NCBI GenBank assembly: GCA_031422175.1
Contig: JANOQC010000116.1
Coordinates: 2,932-66,931 of the forward strand
Origin: Sphingobacteriia bacterium
GTDB taxonomy: Bacteria > Bacteroidota > Bacteroidia > Chitinophagales > Chitinophagaceae
DNA: 64,000 nt
Direction: 5' to 3'
This document shows positions 8,915 to 18,646 of the stretch, in pieces (the stretch's first letter is position 1; each line of letters starts with the position of its first letter). Both the position numbers and the translations under genes were made by a program. The notes under the pieces were generated by a model that saw nothing but the letters and a program-made list of their open reading frames with translations, was not told the origin of the DNA and did not search any database.

Positions 8915-9867
8915 TTAAGGATTATGAGATTTTTGTATTTTTTTTAGTTCTTTTTCAGCCAATTTTATGGCTACTTCGTGGCTTACTTTTCCTGCATCTT
9001 TAAGTATTTGATATTAGTTGAACTGCAAGAATGCATCTAACCGCGTTACCCAGTCTGACATTTTCATTGGTATTTGTCTTTCTGCTTGCAGCTCGGCAAA
9101 ATCTAAATACATTGTAACTATACGTTCTAACTCTTTGATTTCTTTTTCCTTCATATAGTTTTTTGCAGTTCCTATATCGCCTTTTAATACTTTGCCAATG
9201 GGTGCATTTTTCCATGTTTGTAACCCATATTGGGTTTATCTGCTCTGGCTCTTTCTGCAATAATTTGAGCTGCAGTTTTGCCTGAAATGGCAAAGTGTAG
9301 CTTGTTTTGAACTGTTTTAAAGAACTTCTGAGTTATTTCTGCTTCTTTATTATAGTCGATGCTGCACTGCTCGTATATGTCGGTAATTTTGAGGTAAAAG
9401 CGTCTTTCACTGGCTCTTATTTCCCTGATGCGTTCTAAGAGTTCATCAAAGTAATCTTTTCCAAAATTTTTGCCTTGTTTAAGGCGTTCATCATCTAATA
9501 CATAGCCTTTGATAATGAACTCTCTTAGGGTTTTGGTAGCCCAAATACGGAACTGAGTTGCCTGATGGCTGTTTACACGATAGCCAACAGCTATAATGGC
9601 ATCTAAGCTGTAATAGGAGGTCTTGTAGTTTTTGCCATCGGCAGCAGTTGTTTCCAAAATGGAAATAACTGAATTTTCGGCTAACTCGTTGGTTTAAAAA
9701 ATATTGGTTAAGTGCTTGCTAATGGCTGGCACTTTTACTCCAAATAATTCTGCCACTGCCTTTTGCGTAAGCCAAAAGTTTTCGTTGTTAAAAACTACTT
9801 CTATTTTCACATTGCCCGTTGGGGTGGTGTAAAATATGATGTCGTTATTTTGATTTTTATCTGTCAT
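8915..9867 (-). pseudogene. RhuM-family protein pseudogene (two in-frame stops and one frameshift)
   Basis: Reverse translation gives MTDKNQNNDIIFYTTPTGNVKIEVVF..SKHLTNIF*TNELAENSVISILETTAADGKNYKTSYYSLDAIIAVGYRVNSHQATQFRIWATK. There is a TAA at 9694-9696. A 1-nt deletion lies near 9219-9226 (ATGGGTTACAAACATGG). The shifted frame continues WKNAPIGKVLKGD...RLDAFLQFN*YQILKDAGKVSHEVAIKLAEKE, with a TAA at 9014-9016. Confidence 0.8.
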
Positions 9868-10066
9868 ATATTTGCATTTCTTTTATATCAGCTTTGAGTG
9901 TTTGGGCTAATAATGGGATTTGCTCTTTCTTTAATTGCCTGTCGCCTCGTTCTATCTTACTAATGATAGTAGTGTCCAAATCAAATTAAGAAGAAAGCTG
10001 CCGCAGCAATAAATTTTACTACTTTTTTTGTTCTCTTATTCGTTCACCAAATTGTGTTGTTATTAT
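9857..10066 (-). pseudogene. XRE-family HTH regulator pseudogene (no ATG, three in-frame stops)
   Basis: A single reverse frame reads (I)ITTQFGERIREQKK**NLLLRQLSS*FDLDTTIISKIERGDRQLKKEQIPLLAQTLKADIKEMQIYDR*. Stops lie at 10016-10021 (TAG TAA) and 9986-9988 (TAA). Its 3' end overlaps the RhuM ATG. Confidence 0.65.
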
Positions 10067-10070
10067 AATA

Positions 10071-10095
10071 ATATTGTCTTGACAAATATTGTCTT
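10071..10095. repeat. Direct repeat ATATTGTCTT-gacaa-ATATTGTCTT (operator-like)
   Basis: Read directly from the sequence, immediately upstream (minus-strand sense) of the XRE remnant. It contains the small palindrome TTGTC-tt-GACAA. Confidence 0.5.
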
Positions 10096-10155
10096 CTAAT
10101 ATTATGATAAAAACATTCTAGCATCATTTTAAGAATATACTTTCAATATCAGACT

Positions 10156-11595
10156 TTAGTCTCTATAATTAAGTGCAGGTTTTCTATCACCCAATAATGC
10201 TTTGTATTTATAATCACCTACCGATTTAATAAATTCTTCTTTCGATTTTGCAATCAATGCAGGATTGGTAAATAAATCAATCGCCGTTAATGCCATTGTT
10301 TTTGCGGCAACCATCATTCCCTTTGTTCCTATTTCGGTTCCACCGCAGGCAACTGCTTGCCAACTGTGTGCCGGTGTACCCGGAATCCAAGTAGCAGCTT
10401 CTAATCCAACAGTAGGTATTGCATAGCTTACATCGCCCACATCTGTTGATCCGCCGCTTGCGTCAATGAAAGCTTGTAAAGGAGTTATTTGTGTTGCGTT
10501 GTCTATTGGTGGTGCTTTAAATGTAAAAGAGGATTGAATTTTTTTCCCAAACTCTATTTCAGTGGCACTATATTTTACACCACCTACCTGATCAAGATTT
10601 TTTTGCATGGCTTCTGCTAAAGTTTTATTGATCAATAAATCATGTGTACCTCCAATAATTTCATAATCAACTTTAGTTTCTGTACCCATCGATGCACCGT
10701 TTGATGCTTTTACTAAACGCTGAAAAATACTGGCTACCATATCTTTCTTTGGATGACGCACATAATAAAATACTTCTGCAAAATCAGGCACTACATTAGG
10801 TGCTTTACCACCCTTTGTAATTACATAATGAATCCTTGTTTCTTGCGGAACATGTTCACGCATCATATTCACCATATTGTTCATCGCTTCTACCCCATCT
10901 AATGCAGACCTGCCGGTTTCTGGTGACATAGATGCATGTGATGACAACCCATAAAAACGAAATTTTGCCGAAGTATTGGCCAATGCACTTGTCATAGTAA
11001 TATTGTTTGAGTTTCCTGGATGCCAATGAACTGCCACATCTACATCTTTAAATAATCCGGCTCTTACCATATATACTTTGCCGCTACCACCTTCTTCTGC
11101 TGGGCAACCATAAACCCTAACTGTTCCTGTTAATTTTTTTGCTTCAATTAATTTTTTTATTTCTATACCAGCTGCAACAGATGCTGTTCCAAATAAATGA
11201 TGCCCGCAACCATGGCCTGCATCTATTCCATTAATGGATTTTTTTTCTGCATTCGCTTCCTGAGATAACCCGGGTAATGCATCATACTCTGCAAGTATAG
11301 CTATAACTGGCTTTCCGCTTCCATAACTGGCAACAAATGCAGTAGGCATTTCTGCAACTCCAGATTCAATGGTAAATCCATTGCTCTTTAAAGTCTCTTG
11401 TAAGAGTTGTGTACTTTTTACTTCTTTATACCCAACTTCTGAAAAACCCCAAATTTGTAATGCAATATTTTTATAGGTGTCGTATTTGCTATCAATATTT
11501 TTTATTGCATCGGTCTTAAGAATGCCATTATTGTTTTGTGCTTGAGTTATGCATATTAAAAACATGCATAAAGTTGATACCAATAATTTTTTCAT
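10156..11595 (-). CDS. secreted M20-family amidohydrolase/peptidase (AbgB-like)
   Basis: 479 aa with signal peptide MKKLLVSTLCMFLICITQAQ. M20 metal-site regions GHGCGHHLFG and PAEEGGSGK are present. Confidence 0.8.
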   Translation of the reverse strand: MKKLLVSTLCMFLICITQAQNNNGILKTDAIKNIDSKYDTYKNIALQIWGFSEVGYKEVKSTQLLQETLKSNGFTIESGVAEMPTAFVASYGSGKPVIAILAEYDALPGLSQEANAEKKSINGIDAGHGCGHHLFGTASVAAGIEIKKLIEAKKLTGTVRVYGCPAEEGGSGKVYMVRAGLFKDVDVAVHWHPGNSNNITMTSALANTSAKFRFYGLSSHASMSPETGRSALDGVEAMNNMVNMMREHVPQETRIHYVITKGGKAPNVVPDFAEVFYYVRHPKKDMVASIFQRLVKASNGASMGTETKVDYEIIGGTHDLLINKTLAEAMQKNLDQVGGVKYSATEIEFGKKIQSSFTFKAPPIDNATQITPLQAFIDASGGSTDVGDVSYAIPTVGLEAATWIPGTPAHSWQAVACGGTEIGTKGMMVAAKTMALTAIDLFTNPALIAKSKEEFIKSVGDYKYKALLGDRKPALNYRD

Positions 11596-11646
11596 TGATT
11601 TTATTTAATAGGTAATAAAAGAGTAGTTAAAAATAAAGCATTCAAA

Positions 11647-12234
11647 TTACCAACCTAAAAATTCTTTAATTACTTTTTCCGTTTCTGCACATGCAATTTC
11701 CAGGTCTTTATTGATGATGGTTTTATTGAACTGGTGGCTAAATGAAATCTCGTAACTGGCTTTGTTAATGCGTGTAGCTAAACTTTCTGCGGTTTCAGAG
11801 CCCCTGCTTTCTAATCTTTTCTTGAGCTCTTCCACCGAAGGTGGTTCAATAAAAATAGACAAGCAGTTTTTGCCAAATTGTTGTTGAATATGAATGGCTC
11901 CTTTTACATCAATATCCAAAACAGGTGTTTTACCAAAATGCCAAATTCGTTCTAGTTCGGTTTTTAATGTGCCGTAATAATTGCCTTCGTACACCATCTC
12001 CCATTCTACAAATGCATCAGCATCAATTTTGTTTTTGAAATCTTGCTCCAACATAAAATGATATTGCACTCCATCGGCTTCTCCCTCTCTTGGTTTTCGG
12101 GTAGCAGCAGAAATAGAAAAAGACAAGAGTGGATACTTATTCAATAAATATCGAGTAATAGATGTTTTACCCGCACCTGATGGTGCGGTGATAATGATGA
12201 TTTTTTGAGCTGGGTTCAAGGGTATTTGGTTCAA
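11647..12234 (-). CDS. gmk: guanylate kinase
   Basis: P-loop APSGAGKTS, ATRKPREGE and YHF motifs, 195 aa. Confidence 0.9.
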   Translation of the reverse strand: MNQIPLNPAQKIIIITAPSGAGKTSITRYLLNKYPLLSFSISAATRKPREGEADGVQYHFMLEQDFKNKIDADAFVEWEMVYEGNYYGTLKTELERIWHFGKTPVLDIDVKGAIHIQQQFGKNCLSIFIEPPSVEELKKRLESRGSETAESLATRINKASYEISFSHQFNKTIINKDLEIACAETEKVIKEFLGW

Positions 12235-12286
12235 TGGAACTATTTTTATTATAATAAATCAGTTGATTTTAAAAGTTGTAACAACT

Positions 12287-12757
12287 TTATGCTTCAGCCA
12301 TTTGGGCTCTTTTACTATTGCGTCCAACTGCATAGTGCGGATGCAATTCATTATAGATAATAACAAATTCCGGAATGCCGGCATTAGCGGCGGTTTTGGC
12401 ATTTTGGAAATAAGCCCTTGATTGTTGTAATACTTCTTTGCCAATTAATAATTTAGCGTCTTCTAGTTTACTCCTTATTTCTTCTACCTCTGAAAGCAAT
12501 TCCGAATATTGATCATATAAATGTAAATAATTGTTACATACACTAACATCTACATAGGATGGTATGGTATTGGGGTTTCTTCTCATAAATTGAACAGCTT
12601 TTTGTACAAATTCCTGTTTCTTGGTATTTAACTTAAACATACTTCTTCTTTCACTAGGCTTTAATTTGATATTACCTGGAATCATACTTCTTAAGGCAGA
12701 AATATGTTGACGCAAAGACATTAATTCTGAACCTATAAAACTCCTGAATGTGCTCAT
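12287..12757 (-). CDS. hypothetical protein (predicted all-helical)
   Basis: 156-aa ORF with no overlapping competitor of better quality. No catalytic motif recognised. Confidence 0.5.
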   Translation of the reverse strand: MSTFRSFIGSELMSLRQHISALRSMIPGNIKLKPSERRSMFKLNTKKQEFVQKAVQFMRRNPNTIPSYVDVSVCNNYLHLYDQYSELLSEVEEIRSKLEDAKLLIGKEVLQQSRAYFQNAKTAANAGIPEFVIIYNELHPHYAVGRNSKRAQMAEA

Positions 12758-12883
12758 ATTGTCTATTTAAAAGCATAAACGCTCATTCGAATTAGAAAAT
12801 TGCTCATTATTTGGCTCAATCTTTCATTAAAAGTGTTGATTTTTAGTGTTTTTTATTATCTTGAACCAGCTCAATTGATTGCC

Positions 12884-13447
12884 ATGCGTTTATGTTGGAA
12901 CCTATTTCTGCGCCTTCAGGGGTGGAAAGTAGTAGGGGAATTTCCCCATTATATACAAAAAGCTGTTTTAGTAATGGCTCCGCATACAAGCAGTTGGGAT
13001 TTTGTGATAGGCCTGGCAATCAGAAGTAAACTAAAATTATATCACTTCAAGTTTTTGGGCAAAGATTCCCTTTTTAAAGGTCCATTTGGGTTCTTTTTTA
13101 GAAAGATGGGGGGCTTCCCTGTAGACAGATCTAATAATAATAAAATGGTGGACCAGGTAGTTGATCTTTTTAATAGTAATGAACAATTCATTTTGGCACT
13201 TTCGCCAGAAGGAACTCGAAAAAAAGTAGATAAATTAAAAACAGGTTTTTATCATATCGCTCAAAAAGCCAATGTGCCAATTATTCTAACAGGATTTGAC
13301 TTTGGAAATAAGGAGGTCTCTTTTTCCAAACCTTTTTATCTAACCAATAATGTAGATGCTGATATTCAACAAATGCTTCAGTTTTATTCAACTATAAAAG
13401 GTAAGAACCCCGAACTAGGAATACATCATTTAATTGTACCCACATAA
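12884..13447 (+). CDS. 1-acyl-sn-glycerol-3-phosphate acyltransferase family protein
   Basis: HxxxxD box (APHTSSWDF) and SPEGTR box. The ATG at 12884 is preferred over the TTG at 12800. Confidence 0.75.
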   Translation: MRLCWNLFLRLQGWKVVGEFPHYIQKAVLVMAPHTSSWDFVIGLAIRSKLKLYHFKFLGKDSLFKGPFGFFFRKMGGFPVDRSNNNKMVDQVVDLFNSNEQFILALSPEGTRKKVDKLKTGFYHIAQKANVPIILTGFDFGNKEVSFSKPFYLTNNVDADIQQMLQFYSTIKGKNPELGIHHLIVPT

Positions 13448-13456
13448 TCATTCATT

Positions 13457-15103
13457 ATGAGTAATCAATACCCAACTATTGTAGATAAATTCTGTCAATA
13501 TGAAACTGAAAAAGCAAACCAACTCTTTTTGGCAGAACCTGTAAAAAAAGTGTATCAAAATTTTACTTGGTCAGAAGCGGGTAAAGAAATTAGAAGCATA
13601 GCAAGTTACCTACAAAATGCTGGCTTACAGAAGGGCGATAAAGTAGCGATTTTGAGTAAGAACTGTGCGCATTGGATAATGAGTGATATTGCAATTGCTA
13701 TGGCTGGAATGGTTTCCGTTCCACTCTATCCAAATATTACTACAGAAGCGGTAAACCAAATTATTAAACACAGCGAAGCAAAAATAATTTTTGTTGGAAA
13801 GCTTGATAAGCCAGAGGAAATTAGAAAGGGCATCCCAGAAAATTTAATTCAAATTAGTTTTCCTTTTTATTTTAATGAAGGATGTTTGAATTGGAATGAT
13901 TTAGTTCAATTGAATACCCCATTAACGGAAACCCCTTCTATCAATGCAAAAGATCTTGCTTGTATTGTATATACATCGGGCACTACAGGTCAACCAAAAG
14001 GGGTTATGCATAGTTTTCATGCTATGTCATTTGCTGTTGAATCTTTCTTAGAAAGCAATCCTCCATTTATAGATGAAAAGTTTTTCTCGTATTTGCCGCT
14101 TTGCCATGTAGCTGAAAGAATGTTGGTTGAGTGTGGCACTGTATTTACTGGAAGCTCTGTATATTTCGTTGAGTCCATGGATAATTTTTCTGCTAATTTA
14201 CAATATACAGAACCCACTGTTTTTTTAGCAGTACCACGTATTTGGGAAAAAATGCAAGAAGAGATTTTAAAGAAAATGCCTCAGCAAAAATTGAGTCGTT
14301 TATTAAGTATACCAATTGTTGCTGGAATAATTAAATCTACCATTAAGAAAAAAATGGGCTTTGCAAAATGCAAATATTTTTATACGGGAGCATCTCCAAT
14401 TAATAAGGCGGTATTGGTTTGGTTTTCTAAACTTGGCGTAACTATTCAAGAGGCTTATGGTATGACAGAAAACTCTGCACTATCGCATGTAAATAGAAAA
14501 CACAATGCAAAATTTGGTACTGTTGGTCAAAGCTACCCTGGTGTAGAAGTAAAATTGAGTGATATTAATGAGGTATTGGTTAAAAGTGATGCAACCATGT
14601 TGGGCTATTATAAAGAACCCCAATTAACCGCCGAAATGTTTGAAGGCGATTGGTTAAAAACAGGTGATGAGGGCTCAATTGACGCAGAAGGATATTTGAC
14701 TATAACTGGAAGAATAAAAGACCAGTTTAAAACAAGTAAAGGCAAATATGTGATTCCTTCGAATATCGAATCAATAATTTTGGCTCATCCTCTTATCTCT
14801 CAAGCTTGTGTAGTTGGTTCGGGAATGCCTGCCCCACTTTTATTGTGTACGCTTTCAGAAAAAGCTATGAAAGAAGAAAAACCATTTATTATCGAAGAGC
14901 TTACTGGTTTTCTTTCTACAATGAATGAACAGTTAGAACACCATGAACATGTAGCAAAAATCATTGTTTTAAAAGATGAATGGACACTCGAAAATGGAAT
15001 TCTGACTCCAACTTTAAAGATCAAACGAAAAGTGGTAGATGAATTGTTTCAACACCAATATTCGGGTTGGTACAATTTGCAACAAAATGTTGCAATGCTA
15101 TAA
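13457..15103 (+). CDS. AMP-dependent synthetase/ligase (long-chain acyl-CoA synthetase-like)
   Basis: AMP-binding signature YTSGTTGQPKGV, GYGMTE-like EAYGMTEN, and TGD...GR.KD. Confidence 0.85.
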   Translation: MSNQYPTIVDKFCQYETEKANQLFLAEPVKKVYQNFTWSEAGKEIRSIASYLQNAGLQKGDKVAILSKNCAHWIMSDIAIAMAGMVSVPLYPNITTEAVNQIIKHSEAKIIFVGKLDKPEEIRKGIPENLIQISFPFYFNEGCLNWNDLVQLNTPLTETPSINAKDLACIVYTSGTTGQPKGVMHSFHAMSFAVESFLESNPPFIDEKFFSYLPLCHVAERMLVECGTVFTGSSVYFVESMDNFSANLQYTEPTVFLAVPRIWEKMQEEILKKMPQQKLSRLLSIPIVAGIIKSTIKKKMGFAKCKYFYTGASPINKAVLVWFSKLGVTIQEAYGMTENSALSHVNRKHNAKFGTVGQSYPGVEVKLSDINEVLVKSDATMLGYYKEPQLTAEMFEGDWLKTGDEGSIDAEGYLTITGRIKDQFKTSKGKYVIPSNIESIILAHPLISQACVVGSGMPAPLLLCTLSEKAMKEEKPFIIEELTGFLSTMNEQLEHHEHVAKIIVLKDEWTLENGILTPTLKIKRKVVDELFQHQYSGWYNLQQNVAML

Positions 15104-15114
15104 ATTTCTTAACA

Positions 15115-15144
15115 TTTTGGTTTAAATTTTGGCATTAATTTTGG
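15115..15144. repeat. Three phased TTTTGG motifs at 12-bp spacing
   Basis: TTTTGG occurs at 15115, 15127 and 15139, upstream of the OmpA-family gene. Confidence 0.4.
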
Positions 15145-15219
15145 TTATTGGATGCACATTGAGCAATTTTATTGTTTAATAATCGTTCTATATACAAGTT
15201 TATTCTAACTACTGAAATT

Positions 15220-16122
15220 ATGAACATGAAATTTTACTTATTTGCAGCAATTGCATCATTTAGTTTATTCTCTTGCGCTAGTCCAAAAGAATTAAAACAG
15301 GCACAAGCTAATTATGCAGAACTAAAAGGTGCTTATGCCGACATGCAGGCGAAATACAGGGCTTTACAAGATGAGTTGAACAAGTGTAATGCTGAAAGAG
15401 AAAAAGGAACTGCGCAATCAGCAGCTCAAAAAGCTGGTTTAGAAGCCCAGATTACAACATTGAATAATCAATTAGATTATTTAAAACAGAATAATAATAC
15501 GGTATTAAATCAATTAAAAGATTTATCTGTAGTTACCGGTTCTCAAGCGGAAAGTATCAGAAAGTCTCTAGATAATATTGGCATGAAAGATGTTTATATT
15601 CAAGATTTAAGAGGTTCTATTGCCCGTAAAGACTCCTTGAATATGGCCTTGGTAATGAACTTGAAAGGAGCTATTGGTAATCTAGATGATAAAGACATCA
15701 ATATTAAAGTAGATAAGGGTGTTGTATATGTAGACATATCTGATAAATTATTATTTAAGAGTGGCGCTTATGATGTAACTGATCGAGCTAAAGAAGTATT
15801 GAGTAAAGTGGCCAAAGTATTAAATGCTCAACCTGAAATTGAATTTCTGGTAGAAGGTCATACCGATTCATTGGCAATTCGTGGAACAGGTGCAATTGTA
15901 GACAATTGGGATTTGAGTGTTAAAAGAGCTACTACCATCGTAAGAATTTTACAAGACTCTTATGGATTAAATCCAAAAAGAATGACTGCGGCTGGTAGAG
16001 GTCAATACGTACCAATAGCAGATAATACTACCAATGAAGGTAGAGCAGCAAACAGAAGAACAAGAATTGTGATTTTACCACAACTCGATCAGTTCTTTAA
16101 ATTGTTGGAGACTAAGAAATAA
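15220..16122 (+). CDS. OmpA/MotB-domain lipoprotein with coiled-coil N-region
   Basis: Lipoprotein-type signal MNMKFYLFAAIASFSLFSC and a Q/A/L-rich coiled coil. The C-terminal OmpA_C motifs are GHTDS, NWDLSVKRA and NRRTRIV. Confidence 0.85.
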   Translation: MNMKFYLFAAIASFSLFSCASPKELKQAQANYAELKGAYADMQAKYRALQDELNKCNAEREKGTAQSAAQKAGLEAQITTLNNQLDYLKQNNNTVLNQLKDLSVVTGSQAESIRKSLDNIGMKDVYIQDLRGSIARKDSLNMALVMNLKGAIGNLDDKDINIKVDKGVVYVDISDKLLFKSGAYDVTDRAKEVLSKVAKVLNAQPEIEFLVEGHTDSLAIRGTGAIVDNWDLSVKRATTIVRILQDSYGLNPKRMTAAGRGQYVPIADNTTNEGRAANRRTRIVILPQLDQFFKLLETKK

Positions 16123-16155
16123 ATAAATTGAATCTTTATTGATTGTATAATCATT

Positions 16156-16194
16156 AAAAATCCCGGTTACCATTTGGTAATCGGGATTTTTTTT
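16156..16194 (+). terminator. Rho-independent terminator
   Basis: Stem AAAAATCCCGGTTACC-attt-GGTAATCGGGATTTTT with a T-run. Confidence 0.8.
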
Positions 16195-16290
16195 GCTCAT
16201 TATTATTGAAACAGTTATTTAACCCTTATTTATTCACGGTTCTTGATTCGTACCAACAAGCGCTTATCTTGCAAGCCGAAAGTAAAAAGT

Positions 16291-18645
16291 ATGCAGGAGT
16301 ATTTGAAAGGACTAAATGAACCTCAATTAGAAGCAGTAAAACATGTGAAGGGTCCTATCATGATTGTGGCTGGAGCGGGAAGTGGAAAAACAAAAGTATT
16401 AACCACTCGTATTGCGCATTTAATGTCTGCCGAAAAAGTGGATGCATTTAATATTTTGGCGCTCACTTTTACCAATAAGGCTGCTGCCGAAATGAAAGAG
16501 CGTATTGAAAAAATATTGGGTAACTCAGAAGCAAGAAATTTATATATAGGAACTTTTCACAGTGTATTTGCAAGAATACTAAGGGCCGAAGCAACACGAT
16601 TAGGCTATCCGAGCAACTTCACCATTTATGATACCGACGACAGTAGATCGGTTTTAAAAACGGTGATCAACGAATTAAATTTAGACGATAAACATTATAA
16701 ACCCAATATTGTAGGTAATAGAATTTCTTCTGCAAAAAATGCATTGGTAGGGCCGGCAGAATATGCCAATGATTATTATATTCAGCAAGAGGATATGCGC
16801 GCTAATAGGCCCGCTATTTCAAAAGTGTATGCGGCTTATGCCAATCGCTGCTTTAAAAATGGCGCTTTTGATTTTGATGATCTCTTATTAAAAATGTATG
16901 AGCTGCTGAAAAACTTTCCAGATGCTTTACACAAGTACCAACACAAGTTTAAGTATATTTTGATTGATGAGTACCAAGATACCAATGCAGTTCAATATCA
17001 AATCACTAAACTATTAGCTGCTGTTCACGAAAATATTTGTGTAGTGGGCGACGATGCACAAAGCATCTACAGCTTTCGTGGGGCAACCATAGAAAATATT
17101 TTACAATTTCAGAAAGACTATGACGATGTAAAAGTGGTTAAGCTCGAACAAAACTACCGAAGTAGTAGCCAGATTATTAATGTAGCCAACCAAATTATTA
17201 AAAACAATAAAGGGCAGATTCCAAAAAACTTATGGACTAATAATGGGGCTGGTGAAAAAATCAGTTTGGTAAGAACCATGACGGATAATGAAGAAGGGAA
17301 ATTTGTAGCCGATACTATTCAAGAACAAAAATTACGCAATCATTTTTTTAATAAAGACTTCGCCATTTTATATCGTACCAACGCTCAGAGCAGGTCCTTT
17401 GAAGAAAGCTTGCGCAAAATGGGAATACCCTATCGAATTTATGGTGGAACAAGTTTTTATCAAAGAAAAGAAATCAAAGATATTTTGGGCTACTTGCGCG
17501 TGATTGTAAATATCCAAGACGAAGAAGCACTTAAAAGAGTTATCAATTATCCTGCAAGAGGCATTGGAAAAACCACTTTAGAGAAATGTGTGATTTTTGC
17601 GAATGAACATAATATCTCCATGTTTGATGTGGTGAGCAGGGCTGCAGAGTTTGGATTTAAAGCAGGCACATTAGAGGCCTTACAAAATTTTGTAACGATG
17701 ATTCGTTATTTCCAAAGTATGTTAACTGATAAAAATGCTTATGATGTTGCGGTTCAAGTAGGAAAACATACCAATTTAGTAAAAGAGTTATTCAGCGATA
17801 AAACTACAGAAGGTTTAGCTCGCTATGAAAATATTCAAGAATTATTAAACTCCATTAAAGAATGGACAGAAAGTCCTAGCAATGATGATGGCGAATTGGG
17901 TGATAAAACTTTAGGCGCTTATTTACAACAGATCACATTATTAACCGATGCAGATGATGATAAAGAAAATAATGATGTAGTAAAATTAATGACCATTCAT
18001 GCCGCAAAGGGTTTAGAGTTTGGTTGTGTGTTTATAGGTGGGGTAGAAGAAACACTTTTTCCAAATGCAATGAGTATTAATACCAGAGAAGAACTCGAGG
18101 AAGAACGCAGACTATTTTATGTTGCCATAACAAGAGCTAAACAAAGACTATGGTTAACTTATTCTAATTCTAGATACCGTTTTGGTCAATTGGTACAAAA
18201 CGAGCCCAGTCGATTTATTGAAGAAATGCCAGAAGACAATGTAGACAAATCTTATGCTGGTGGTGGTGCGAGAAATAATTCCAATACCGATTGGGGTGGA
18301 GCATATGAAAGAATGCAACGTGGTTTTAATTACAGAGACACCGCTCAAGCAGAAAAAAAATACGGAGCAGCTCCCAATAAAAAACCAGCAACAAGTAAGC
18401 CAGAATATTTACCCATTATACCTCCAACTACTAAAGTGACTGCACATATTCCATCGGCTGATTTTGTTGCAAGCGATACTTCAAATTTAGAAGCTGGTCA
18501 AAAAGTAGAACACCAAAAATTTGGTTTTGGAAATGTAACAAGTATAGAAGGTTCTGCACACAATCCTGTTGCTACCATTCAATTTGAAAAAAACGGGGAG
18601 AAAAAAATAATGTTGAACTATGCGAAGTTGAGGATTGTTGGTTGA
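16291..18645 (+). CDS. uvrD: ATP-dependent DNA helicase, UvrD/PcrA/Rep family
   Basis: Walker A AGAGSGKT and DEYQDTN, with SF1 motifs throughout and a C-terminal Tudor-like extension. The ATG at 16291 is preferred over the TTG at 16243. Confidence 0.9.
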   Translation: MQEYLKGLNEPQLEAVKHVKGPIMIVAGAGSGKTKVLTTRIAHLMSAEKVDAFNILALTFTNKAAAEMKERIEKILGNSEARNLYIGTFHSVFARILRAEATRLGYPSNFTIYDTDDSRSVLKTVINELNLDDKHYKPNIVGNRISSAKNALVGPAEYANDYYIQQEDMRANRPAISKVYAAYANRCFKNGAFDFDDLLLKMYELLKNFPDALHKYQHKFKYILIDEYQDTNAVQYQITKLLAAVHENICVVGDDAQSIYSFRGATIENILQFQKDYDDVKVVKLEQNYRSSSQIINVANQIIKNNKGQIPKNLWTNNGAGEKISLVRTMTDNEEGKFVADTIQEQKLRNHFFNKDFAILYRTNAQSRSFEESLRKMGIPYRIYGGTSFYQRKEIKDILGYLRVIVNIQDEEALKRVINYPARGIGKTTLEKCVIFANEHNISMFDVVSRAAEFGFKAGTLEALQNFVTMIRYFQSMLTDKNAYDVAVQVGKHTNLVKELFSDKTTEGLARYENIQELLNSIKEWTESPSNDDGELGDKTLGAYLQQITLLTDADDDKENNDVVKLMTIHAAKGLEFGCVFIGGVEETLFPNAMSINTREELEEERRLFYVAITRAKQRLWLTYSNSRYRFGQLVQNEPSRFIEEMPEDNVDKSYAGGGARNNSNTDWGGAYERMQRGFNYRDTAQAEKKYGAAPNKKPATSKPEYLPIIPPTTKVTAHIPSADFVASDTSNLEAGQKVEHQKFGFGNVTSIEGSAHNPVATIQFEKNGEKKIMLNYAKLRIVG

Positions 18646-18646
18646 T

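Noticed and set aside
9000-9293. 97-aa ORF-track entry on the minus strand
   Set aside because: It is an out-of-frame reading through the C-terminal part of the RhuM pseudogene. The family-like sequence (WKNAPIGKVLKGD...RLDAFLQFN) is in another frame.
8915-10066. Possibility that the in-frame TAA/TAG codons reflect stop-codon reassignment or programmed read-through
   Set aside because: All other genes in the window terminate normally at TAA, TAG or TGA with well-fitting lengths. The same locus also has a frameshift and a missing start codon, so pseudogenisation is the simpler explanation.
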